From: Lama glama
Taxonomy: Eukaryota
Reading direction: 5' to 3'
DNA length: 64,000 nt
Assembly (NCBI GenBank): GCA_028534125.1
Contig: CM052816.1
Span: forward strand, 44,084,001 to 44,148,000
Shown: piece by piece, positions 13,060 to 24,719 of the stretch
Layout of the letters: each line of letters opens with the position of its first letter
Position numbering within the stretch: position 1 is the first letter of the stretch
Notes under the pieces: model-generated
What the model was told of the DNA's origin: nothing
The model's input: only the letters and a program-made list of their open reading frames with translations
Databases searched by the model: none
Made by a program: the position numbers and the translations under genes

Positions 13060-13970
13060 CAAACTCTGTGGTTCTCTTCCTACCTCACTCCTTCTTCCCA
13101 TTCCCCACACATAGCATTTCTCCAAGAATCGGGTCTAATGCTACAACTTTTTCTCCCTCTCTCGTTGTTTGACTTCATCATGACTGCAGATAGTACTTTA
13201 TCACGACTCACAATGAATTGGTCTGATCTCCCCCTCTCAATTCTAGTGTCTGGTTTCCAGCTCCACACTCACATTATCATCTCAAGTTAATCCACTCAAA
13301 AGCAAGTCCCTCTGACCCCAACCCTGCATTCCCCGTGTGTGACAATGATATCGTCACTTTCTTAGTCTTTCAGGTAAATCATTCCTGTACCCTCTTTTAC
13401 TTTTTTTCTTTCTCTCAATCTAGTGTCCAATTTGTCATCAAATTTCTCTTCCCCCCTTATTGCCATCCCCACCTTTTCTTTATCAATGTCATTCTCTTCC
13501 TTTTGATCCTTATTATCTCACATTTGTATTATATAAACAGTAGTCTAAATGGTTCCTCTACTTCTGTTATCTTCCATATTGTAATGTATCCTTTTTCATA
13601 TTTTCAGATTCATCTGTCTTGAACATCATAACACACTCTTATGCTCAAAATCACTTACTATGCCTTTCCTCCTCACTACCCTTACCTAATAGTCTAATCC
13701 TATCCTTTCTTAAATATGCAGCCCAAGCTCCAGTTCTTTCATGAACTTTCTGTGACGTCTCTAGGTCGCAGTATACTCTAGTTCCTCTGAATTCTAAAAC
13801 ATTTATCACTTATATCATTGATACTACACTAAGTATGTAGGCTTTGTATGGTTATTTGCATTTTGCTCTGTGTACATGGTACGTTTTTATTCAAGTATCG
13901 CGTGGTACTTTTAAAAAAATTACTTTGTATTCCTTAAAGCTTATAGCACATGTTACATATAAAATAAATG
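13060..13970 (+). mobile_element. L2 LINE 3' portion
   Basis: tggttctcttcctacctc...tccaatttgtcatcaaatt...aacagtagtctaaatggtt...ctttgtattcc...tagcacatg follows the L2 3' architecture. Confidence 0.65.
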
Positions 13971-14499
13971 CCACTTAAAGGGATCAATGATATTTAAATA
14001 AACCAAGTCACAGAGAGACTTCTGAAACTTCAAAGACAAAAAGCATTGAAGACTATTTTAGTACTGGTGATATTTTAATAATAATAGTTTGAAGAATGAT
14101 ATGATACCACACAGTAACTCTTACTTTATTAGGTAAAATAATTGAGAACAAATTCCAGGGTAATATGGGCTTCTTATTTTCTTATCTCCTCTGTATTTAC
14201 CATTTGCCAAATTTCAGTACCATAAACACTCCAATGTGTAACCAAAACACCAGGACCCTCAAGTGCTCCACACATGTTTCTAAAATTGAGCAAAATGAAC
14301 TCCAGTTTCATAAAGAAAAATGCCCCCATAATATGAACAGGAAAAATCAAACAAACAAAACCCCAAACCTGTAACTTTAGCAAAGAAGTGAGACATAAGT
14401 ATGAATTTTTGAAGTAATGCATCAGCCTTGTTTAAAACATTGTTTAGGAAGATGAAAATCAATATTATTTATTATCAACTAAAAGCTTTAAAAATATAG

Positions 14500-14710
14500 G
14501 TACATTTTAATGCATGGATTACCTTACTCTTAAATAAGGAAATAATCAGGTGAATTTTGCCTAAGGGTATTTATAAGGATGTTCACTACAGCATTGTTTA
14601 TAATGGCTGAAATCAAGAAATACCATAACGTGATAATAAAGAATGGATTAAATGATTTAAGGCACAGGTCAACATTAGGATGTAAGGAAAAAATTACACC
14701 ACATATTAAA
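14500..14710 (+). mobile_element. L1ME-like ORF2 end / 3' UTR fragment
   Basis: aaggatgttcactacagcattgtttataat gives RMFTTALFI, similar to L1 ORF2p C-terminal RMFIAALFTIA. Confidence 0.65.
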
Positions 14711-15782
14711 TGTCTAAGATATTCTACTGTGATCATGCATTACATGTGTAATTTAAAAAGTCACCTTCATCTACCACTGAGACAAGGAAAACAGTTTGTC
14801 ATGTCACACTTTGGATGTTGCAGTTGTAAGTCTTTAAAGAGAAGAAGTAACAATTTTTTTCTCATTTTATTTTGATATTGACCCACATATAGGGATTAAT
14901 TTTATATTTATATTTATAAATTATTAAATAAATTTATGAACCTCTGCCTAGTTTGCTGAATGTCCATGAAGGTCTGAAAATAAGGTTGACATATAAAAGA
15001 CAATATAAATGCCTTCAATTAGAATTATATTTCTCCTTAGAGAACATAATGCAGGTGCATGACATTGGCTTCTATATTAAATCTCATTTAGGGATCATGG
15101 GATTGAAGTTTTAAATTTTATTGTGTATAACCCAGATAAATATATTATCAATTCATTATAGCAATATAGACGCTACCATTAAAAAAAGATTTAACTTCAT
15201 TCCTTTAGGAATAGGAATCATCCATTGGCAAGGCCAATTAAAAAGTACTGTTTTTTATTTGATATTTCGTAAGTTGTACACACAAATGCAGCTGTTAATT
15301 CTTATCATGATCATAACAGTAGCGTCAGTACATTGCACTCACTGCAATGAGACTAAAAATTTCTTTCACAGTTTTAGACCAAGCAGAAATATCTCATTTA
15401 AAAAATTAATATGATTTATGATGAATTCAGTTGAAAGTAACATAGATAAGTATTGCCATTTTTAGTTATCTGCAACACAATAATTTGATCAATCTTTTTT
15501 TTTTAAGCACAATCTTACTATTGTTTTTGTTCAGTTTACTGACTGCCATCAAATGAAAATCTCTGTAAGGCTTGAAATTTCTTTGTAACCAAACAATTAA
15601 CCTCATTCTTTTGGGTAGTCAAAATCTTAAGTACAATCAGTCATGATTTGGGTAAATGAATGCTAAAAATGTTTTCAAGTGTTTGCCACATTATGTTAGA
15701 TATTCTAAGTTTTAAAGTCTGATAAACAAAAGAAAACATATTTTTTAGAATTTTTTTTCCAAAAAAGATTTTTTTTAAACTA

Positions 15783-15940
15783 ACTGCATTAGAATTACCC
15801 AGGTGCTTGTTAAAAATTTATAGCTTCTTGGGGTGTTGTTCAAAATGCTGAAAGATAGTCTGTGCTGTAGGGCCCAGATATTTGCATTTTTAACAAGCTT
15901 CCCAGTAACCCATGATGCACAATCAAATCTGAGATTTGGA
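15783..15940. mobile_element. MER5-like hAT-Charlie MITE
   Basis: ctgcattagaattacccaggtgcttgttaaaaat...gggcccagatatttgcatttttaacaagcttcccagt is a characteristic MER5 palindromic layout. Confidence 0.75.
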
Positions 15941-16584
15941 ACTCTAAGGATATGTTCTTACAGGAAGCCTAATCAGGCTCTCAGAGGCTAGCTGCAAAGT
16001 GTGGAATAAATAATTATTTATACATAGTTATAAATAATTAATAATACTAATCATATAAATAATAATTACTCTAGGAGAATCTAGAGGAAAATGTCTGTTA
16101 ATGAAGAAAGGAACTTACAAGGAACAGGCTTCCAAGGAGTAGCCCTCCATCACTTTCTTGCCTTTCATTCTGTACCACGGGATGGTAGAAGCAGAGAGTG
16201 TGTAGATTCCCACATCAGTGCATTTATAAAGTCAGCCAAGTACAATCTTTAATTAAGTCTTCATTGCTTCATGCAGTGAACTTTGCTACTACTAACCTCT
16301 GCCCTAAAGATTTAACAGAATATTAGCAATTTAAATCTATACAGCCTGCTGGGATCCCTGGGTTTTGAGACCTCATGTGATGGGAAAGAGCCAGTGGCTA
16401 ACTTCAGATTATATTCAGAGGGAGCTGGTTTATTTTATTAGCCTAAGAATTTCTACTTGAATATGTACTTGACTGCAAAGTGTAAAACAAACTACTATGA
16501 GTGACAGTACTAGAAATTACTTCTCCTAAGAAGTTATTTTTTAACTAGTTTCATCTTATAGAACTATTTCATTAATACTAACGC

Positions 16585-17170
16585 TATAGTTTAGTAGAGA
16601 ATTATATAAGCAGATATTCTTTTACAAGAACCAAACAAAAGCAAAACAAAAAAACTGAAAGAGGGGTGTTTGGAGCTCACAGTAGGGAGACAAGTGCAGG
16701 ATCACAGGTGAACAGGAAGGCTTAAGGGAACTCAAGCCAACACTGTGTGTCCATCTTTATTTTTGCTCCTCTCTGGCTGACCATTTACTTCTCTCCTGTT
16801 GCAGACTGACTTCTTTAGCTTGTCCAACTTTATGTAATGGAGAATTCAATCTCTAACAGCGTCAGAAAAAAAAAAAAAGATTGCTTTTTTCTCGCTGAGT
16901 CTTAGCTTATTCCTTTATAAGTGACAGCCCTGCACCTGGGCTAGTTAACTTTGTCTGGTGTTGGGGGTTTGGGAAAGGGACTCTGATTGGCCCTTCTTGG
17001 ACCTAGTGTCCACCCCTAGACCTGTGATTGGTCTGCGGGTGGGTGGGCAAAGGCAGGGTTTGAGAGACAAAGAAACGGGGAGTGAGAGTTACATTGTTTG
17101 AACATGATTGCAGGACCTCGGAAAGATGGGAAGGAGGGGTGTCGACCGAAAAGAAGGGATCATTATGGGG
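16585..17170 (-). mobile_element. Old ERVL-MaLR LTR (MLT1J/K-like)
   Basis: gaaagggactctgattggcccttcttggacctagtgtccacccctagacc is typical of old MLT1 LTRs. Confidence 0.6.
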
Positions 17171-17349
17171 TTCCTATTCACAGGCTTGATGTTTTTGTGG
17201 GAAATCCTGGTAACCTCAAAGCATGAAAGAATCTAAAGCAGCTTGACCTGTGCTCCATAAGCAAGGGCTTTACAACAGTTTAGTAATTTTATCTAAATTA
17301 TAGAAACAGATCCTGGAGGCATAACACAGTGCACAATATTAACAGGAAA

Positions 17350-17540
17350 CTGTTGTATAGACTGTTTTAAGCCAGGAGCTTTACATACATTATTTCCTTA
17401 TTTTTCCTGCAATTCAATCATTCCCTCCATTATACAGATTAAAAACACTGATGTTCAGTAGTGACAGAAAGTAAAACACGAAGCCAGGCACCTGAACCAG
17501 GTCTGCGGCAGCTAAAAAGGCATGCTCACTTCACGATTTA
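17350..17540 (-). mobile_element. MIR SINE
   Basis: gctttacatacattatttc...ccattatacagatt...actga...tgaaccaggtctg is antisense MIR-like. Confidence 0.65.
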
Positions 17541-19167
17541 TACTAAGTTCAGGGGCATATTCTGAGCAATCATGACATTATTTTAATAATGAAAATTATC
17601 AGCCACTATACAGAAAAAGAGAAGCGATCAGAGAATAACATGAAATGTATCGTGGAATTGTTGCCATCACCCAGACGTCTTCTTGATGTTTTAGAAGAAA
17701 ATCTCTTACACTAAGGCCCACACCACAGTCCACACCTCTGTTCCTTTACCTGATCCCTGCATGTAGGGGCAGATAGGTTGTTTTGTGGAAGAGGATATGG
17801 GAGGAAGGAATCTTCAACTCTTTATGGGCTAAATCTGGAATTTAGAGGAGTAGATTTGTGTGTTAAGGTTGCAATGTTCAGTGACCTGAAAGAATAAAGT
17901 GTTCTGAAGTACGTCTTCTTGAATAACTTGCATCCTAGGGAAATTTATCTTTATTTGTATCCTTACTCTGAAAGCAGGATGTGCTGGTAAAAATTTCCCA
18001 GGCTGCTATTTTCGGAAATATGGGCAAAGCTGAAATATCTGAACATATGTATGTATGTTTGTGTACGTATATGAGCATGTATATTTGTATAAGCAACCAC
18101 ATTTTTATTCTCCGCATCCTCCTCCCACCCTCTTCTGCGTTTGGAAGATATTTGAAATACGGAACATGTGCTCGGTGGGCAGGCAGTAAGTATTATTTTA
18201 TAATGATCAACAATCATGTGTGTGTTTCCCTTAACAAACCTACAAGCAATTTATTTATTTTGCAGCTAAAAAAATCCCCTATGAATTATTTCTATTTTTT
18301 TGTCTGCATACACTATCTACTCTTCCATGAAGACAAAGATCATTTGTTATAATCCTCTTGAAGAAAATGTCATTTTAAATTATTGCACACACATGAATCA
18401 AATAAGAATTGGCCAAAATTTTAAAACACACAAATATTGAAAAGATAATTATGCTAACTGGTGGCATTATTTTAGGGCATTCAGTGTAAAAGCATTAACC
18501 ATAGAAATGAGTTTCTTTGCTTGTTGGAATAAATGTGAGTTCATGGAGTGAGGGTTTGTGAGCCTATGCTCAGGGAGAATCTGTGATATGGGCTGTTATA
18601 CACGCATGCATTTTTGCTTTACAAGTTTGGTGGAGCAACTGATTTTCTTGATCTTTTAAATACTCAGTTATATCAATAATATTGTATTTGACAGTGTGTC
18701 CAAATAGCAAAGGTGTAAAATTAAACAATTTACTCTTCTCTAGTAAGGCATACTTTCTTAAAATGGTCCATAGATTACCATGCCTTCCTTTTTTCTGTTT
18801 AGTTTCTCTATTCTTTGCATTTAAAACAAATAAATAAACAAACATGGCTAAAAATGGTGGAGTTTGTTAACTTTAGGCTTGGATGATTCATTTAAACTCT
18901 TTATATCCCAAAGAGGACAGTTGGTCAAATGTTATCATCAGCAGTTTCAGAAAGTGGAAAGCTAAAAACAAGATTACAAATTATAAAGAATGAAACTGTA
19001 CTACAAACCTATCAATGAGAAGTTCTTGATATTATTTGGGCATATAAACACAGTACAGCATTCTAGTTATTTCATATGATGGGAAAAGCTTACTCTTTGA
19101 AAGTTTGAAAGTCGGGAGGGATTTCTTTTTTAGCATAATCTCTAGCCTAATGAACACAGTATCTTAC

Positions 19168-19360
19168 TTTTCATTCCGAATCCAGCCATTTTGTAAATAT
19201 GAACTATGTCACAAAGTCGACATAGTGTGTATAATGTACACGTTTGCTTCCAAGAATGATAACCCCATCTGTGTCTCGTGAACCTTGGGAAACCGAGGTG
19301 AAGAAGCGAGCATAATCCACACACAGTACAATCCTTCACTCGGTACAACTGCCCTGCCTG
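19168..19360 (-). other. Candidate spliced exon (possible start MAGFGMK)
   Basis: Minus strand: acceptor ttttaccccaaccccatCAG|CAG; AAAATGG Kozak context at 19189; donor AAA|GTAAGA at 19168/19167; CpG-retaining, repeat-free context. Host gene not recognised. Confidence 0.3.
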
Positions 19361-20138
19361 CTGATGGGGTTGGGGTAAAACTATTTTACTCAAGGATCCT
19401 TTTCTCTTTCAGAAAATCATCATTTTCTCGATAAGGATTTACCAATCTCAATTTAGAGTTCCTATACTTTGAAAACGTTAATCCGCTTCTTTTAAAAACA
19501 GCAATCAGAACAAAATGAGTATGTTTTTAACACAGTAATAGCACACATGTCAGCCTGTTACCCAACTTCTCTGCCTCCTATTACAGATCTCTTACTACAA
19601 ACTCACAAGCACTGCTTTCCTAAAAGCACCTTTCAAGTGCCCTGCCTTTCACTGAAATGCGGCTGCTACTGTGTACTTATTTTAAAAATGGCTTGACAGA
19701 ATTGCTAATGTTCTCATTCCTTCAGGATATCTCCTAATACTTGTAGCCTTTTCATGTTTCTAATTAGGCCAGTAATGGTCCCTGAAGTTAAACCAATTAA
19801 AATTATTTACTGTGACACACAGTGTGGAGATAATTATCTGATATCTGAATCCAACTTCTGCTTACTTCGCAACATTACTTAATAGAAAACAGAGAAACTG
19901 ATGGCCATGCTTTCATTTTACTTGTCTACCAAATGTGTTTGCCCTATAGCAAACTGTTTAAATAAAGCATTAAAATCTTTGTGGTGCTAATCAAAATGTT
20001 TAAAATCCACTCACACTCCCTTTATAGTTCTGAAAAGCATATAAAACTCTTACACATTACCTTTTACATTACAGTTGCTGACCAATGTAGTATTATGGTC
20101 ACATTATAAACAGATAATGCAGCTTCTGCACTTTCCAG

Positions 20139-20288
20139 TAACCTTACTTTTCTCTCTTCCTCCGCTCATTTGCTCTAATTATTATTATTATTTTCCTTTT
20201 TAACATTTCTCTTCTTTTTCTCTTTGTCTTGCGCTTTGTTCAGGGTTGTGTGGTTCACTGTAAGGGGCGCAGATCCAATGGACTTTGA
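20139..20288 (+). other. Strong 3' splice acceptor with candidate micro-exon or terminal exon
   Basis: About 100-nt AG-free zone (20139-20241), CTAAT branch-like motif near 20175, long pyrimidine tract, CAG|G at 20243/20244. Confidence 0.4.
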
Positions 20289-22699
20289 AATACTAGCTTT
20301 GTACAACATTCTGTGTGGTCTAAACAGTTATTATAGCGTGGAATGAAATGAGTTAGATTGATTACTATCTTATCTCTGCATAGGGTTGGGTGTTTGGAAG
20401 AGTAGAGGTTTACAAAGAGAATTTTAATTGACGGCAGAAGTCTCAACACAAGTTCAGTTTATATTTAATGTAAAGCAAAAATCCCTCTAGAAAAAAAAAA
20501 TGCACAGAGCAAGTAAATCATGTTGGGAAGCAGTGCTTTTCACTAAAAGTTGGCTGGCATCATGTAGAGAATGTGGACAAACGTAAAGACTGAGCCTGTA
20601 AGTTAGACTTGCATGTGCTGTAGTTAAATGCCAGAGTGCAGTCTCATAAAGAATTATAGCTTGGACACTTTGAGAACATGTAGCCCATAATCCCAATGCA
20701 AATTATTCTAAGAGAAAATTGAGTTTCATGCCAAAATGCCACCTTGAGACTGGCAATGTAAAGTTGCACATTAAACCTGATCGTAGGATGGATTCCTTTA
20801 CTGTTTCCTGCTTTTTGTTCAAATATTCATAAAAACCAGAACAGATACAGTACAGACACAGATGCATTTTCCAAGTCACCACGTGTTTTAACTGGGGCCC
20901 CTTGGCTGTTTGTAATAACTATCCTTTTGAGAAACAGATCACAGCGGGGAGAAGTTAGACGTGCTGTTCAATTCAGAACCATAGTCCAAGAGTGTGGTGC
21001 TTGGGAACTTCTGATTCAAGACCTGGCTTTGGAATGGTAATGGAGCAAATTTGAGAATCCCTGCTTACGTAGGATGACCAAGACGCCCAGTCATTTTTTC
21101 CCAGCAAATAGTAGGGAATGCCTGTCTGTGTACCACACATGCTTGAGAAGGCATGAGGTCGCCAGGAAGGGAGGTGGAAAATTTTCAGATGTGTTGAGAT
21201 CATTCAAGTATGTGGTGGGATCCTTCTCACAAGCCCTCTTTCCTGTAGCATTGGGTTTAATCTTAGCAGAACTAACATGTGTTTATGGTGCTGTACAATT
21301 GAAGAAATCTGTGTTCCTACTGCTGTGTCATGTATTTTGCACAAACCTTCATGAACATAGTGAGCTTACTGCATTTTAATTACTTCTGGATTTTGGTAAA
21401 TAAATGTTGCTAAATTTAACCATGGTCAACAGCATCTCTTCAAGGTTAGTGATTGCAAATCTTTTTGGAATAGGAAGAGATATAGATTATAAAACAACAA
21501 AACTTTAAAATATTATCAGAAGATGATTTTCAATTTCTATTTAACTGAAATATGCTGACTTTTAAATTTGATTTTATGTACAGTATTTTACATTATTTTA
21601 TGTGCTATCTTAAGTATATTTTTTCAGTATTAGCTTTTTCTTCTCAGCTATTTTAGGGTTGTGGTCCAAGTAGTCATGACTTACAAAGCACTTAACACAG
21701 TGAACTTTACAGAATAAATATTCTCTTATTAAATTTGAATACAAGTCCAGAGCTATGGATTCTGGGCTATGAAGACAGCAACGGCTCAATAAATGTTTTT
21801 GTACCCTGAGCTCCAGAAGTTTGTACCATAGCATCTTGATTAATATTTATGCAGGTGAATTCATCTGTGTTTCATGAGAACACAAGAGTGAGAGGAGGAA
21901 GCAAATTTAATTTTCTCCAAGCTTTAAATATTAATTTAAGTCTTCAACTAAGTTTTTGAAGTTTGGTACAGTGCTACTATTGCACTACTTTATTTTTATC
22001 ATCTATAAGCGTGAAAAATACCGTTAGTAATAAAATTATTTCCTGGACTTTTACCCGTCTGCTGTGAGATCCTTGTGTGATACTCATGAACCTGGGTATA
22101 TGTTTAAATAACATAGGTTATAACTTAATATTCACAATAGAGGCTGGAAGCAGGATAGATTAGGAACAAACACTTGCATTAGTGGAAGTTAAAATAATTG
22201 AGAAAAATGTGATGAGAGGGTAGTACTGAACATGTAAAGAGAAGAAAGCGTTACCAAACACAAGTTTCAACAGTAATGGAAAAATACACTCTAGAGGCCA
22301 TACTGACACTATTTTGAGCAAATATCAAACAATATGCAAAGAACAAAAAATTAAATAGACCAACCAAACATTCTTAGACTTTCTTGGGGATGATGGAAAA
22401 AAAATCATGAAAGATTTAGAATTCAGTTTCTCTAAATGTTATACTTTTAATCTAAGAATTTGCACACTAGAAATTGCCTGGATTACACACGTCACGAAGG
22501 CTTCAATGTCATAGACTTTCATCTAGCCTGTTTGGCCTATTAATCAGCATAAGTGGGGAGTGGGGAAAGGGAGGAAGAGGAATGGTAATGTTCTCTGAGA
22601 GAAGATGGGCCACTACACTTATGTTGATAAGCAAAATGTGAAAAGTTTAGGTAATTAGTCCTGTAAATGGGAAGAAATCAGGCCATCCTGCTCATTTTA

Positions 22700-23190
22700 G
22701 AGTCAATCGGTCAAAAAATATTGATTGAGCACCTTTCCTGTCTCATATTACTGGGATTCAGGGATAAACAAGAACGACAGAGGCCCTCTCCTCAAGGAAA
22801 TTAATTTCCAGGGGAGAGAGGAGAGACAATAACCACATCAATAAATAAGATTATATCAGGAACAAATAAATGTGAAGGTGAAGATAAAACAGGACAGTGA
22901 TGTACAGCTAACCAATGGTGAAAGTTGGAATTTCATTAGCTACAGTGGTTGGTACCAAAAGGTAACATTTAGTTACGTGCCAAGGTCCTGAGAACAGAAT
23001 GAACTTGATTTACCTGGGCAGTGTGGCCAAAGGAGGCAAAAAAGGGGACAAAAGGAAAGATTGGAATTTAGAGATAAAAGCAGTCTGCAGATCATATGGG
23101 ATTTGTCGACCATGCTAAGGATCTTGAATTCTTAACATCGATGTTCTTGCAATGGGAAGCCACTACAGAATTTAAAGCCTGGGGATGAAA
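22700..23190 (-). mobile_element. L2 LINE 3' end (L2a/b-like)
   Basis: caaaaaatattgattgagcacct...aacaagaacgacagaggccctctcctcaagga...gcaatgggaagccactacagaatttaaagc is antisense L2. Confidence 0.8.
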
Positions 23191-23387
23191 TTTCATCTGA
23201 ACTTACTTTATTTGATTTATTTTCAGATGAAAACCTGTAGCTCCTAAAGGTTAAGTAACACATAGGCCTTCTAATGTTGAGCAAAGTGATGAAAATCCCT
23301 GAGCTGAAGCTTCCAATACTTAAAAACAAAAATGATTAAAATAATTAATAATTGGAACAGAAGGAACCACCTCTGTCAATGGATAAC

Positions 23388-23807
23388 AGTATTAGTCTGT
23401 CTGCTAAGGCTGCTGCAGCAAAGCACTGCAAACCGGGCAGCTGCACATCAGAAATTTCCTATTTCACAATTCTGGAGGCTAGAAGCTCAAAATTCCAGGA
23501 TTGGCGGCATTGGTTCCTTCTAAGAGCTGTAAGGGAAGACGTGTTCCAGGATTCTGTCCTAGTTTGTGGATGGCTGTCTTAATTTTCACATGGTGTTATC
23601 CCTGTATATATGCCTGTGCTTTAATCTTCCCCTTTTTATAAGAGAACCAGTCATAGTGAGTTAGGGGCTGACCCTTCTCCTGTAGAATCTCATCTCAACT
23701 AAGTACGCCTGCAATGATTCTATTTCCAAATAAAGTTGCTTTTTGAGGTACTTGGGATTAGGACTTTAATACATGAATTTGGGGGAAGCACAATTCAACT
23801 CATAACA
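23388..23807 (-). mobile_element. Solo MaLR LTR (MLT1B/C-like) with 5-bp TSD
   Basis: gtattagt...ggctgc...tcacaattctggaggctagaag...ctatttccaaataaag...cacaattcaactcataaca; perfect ATAAC at 23383-23387 and 23808-23812. Confidence 0.92.
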
Positions 23808-24550
23808 ATAACTGTTTTATTAAACAAGCTGGAACTGTTAAGATACAAGCAGAAAAAAATGTTTCTACTGCCTTAATGACCCTTTAAACCCACTTGGTAG
23901 AAGTGTCTTCCTTTCCCCTTAAATGAAATCTAACCTATGTTGTCCTTTTAGTACTTGGTTTTAAAACTTTAGTCTCAAGGATAGTATTATTTGAAATATT
24001 AAAATGTCCAGTCTGGTGGCACAGTTGCATAACGTCTTACATACGCCATGTAAGGATTCTTCCTCCTTACCTGGTTATTTCTTTAAGTGACGGCGCCGAT
24101 AGGGAAAGGGAAGAGGGTGTGGGCAGAAAATGCTCTTTCCTAGCGCCAAGGCTCAGGCCCCTGACTCAGTGGGCTGGTTTTGGACCCCTTCAGTGTTTTA
24201 CCCAGATGAGAAACGTGATTCAGGGGGTAAGGGACTTAGAAACACTGTATACCAGGCTCGGGAAATATTCAAAGCTCGCTTTTGATCTCCTGAGCTACTT
24301 GTGTAGATATAAACAAATAAATAAGTAACCCTTTGAGGGGACTTCAACTGCAGCTCCCAGGGAGGAGGGACACGGGAGGCGTGTCCTCCTGACACCACCA
24401 CTTAGGTTCTGCGTGTTCCCCCTACAGACTCTAGTCCCTTGAGGCCGGCGCCCTTCATGGCTCGCAGCTGTCTTGAGCAGAGCCTCATTTCAGAGGGCTC
24501 TAGGCTTTCTCTTGTGGTCCCCATTTGAGCCTCCAGAACCACACGTACTT

Positions 24551-24719
24551 CCTGCTGGTGGCACTAGGACAGTCTGCTTCCAGTGCATCTCACCGTTTCT
24601 CTGCTCGGCTGGCTCAGAGCCACCCTGTCTCTCACAGTTAGATTTCCCACATGGGAGTCAGACGCTAGTCGACACATTCCCAGTTCTGATCATCTCAACA
24701 CAGGCTCCAGGTGGCGCCA
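24551..24719 (+). promoter_or_regulatory. Two same-orientation CTCF-like motifs
   Basis: CCTGCTGGTGGCACTA (24551-24566) and CAGGCTCCAGGTGGCGCCA (24701-24719) versus the CTCF core CCASYAGRKGGCRS, judged by eye. Confidence 0.35.
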
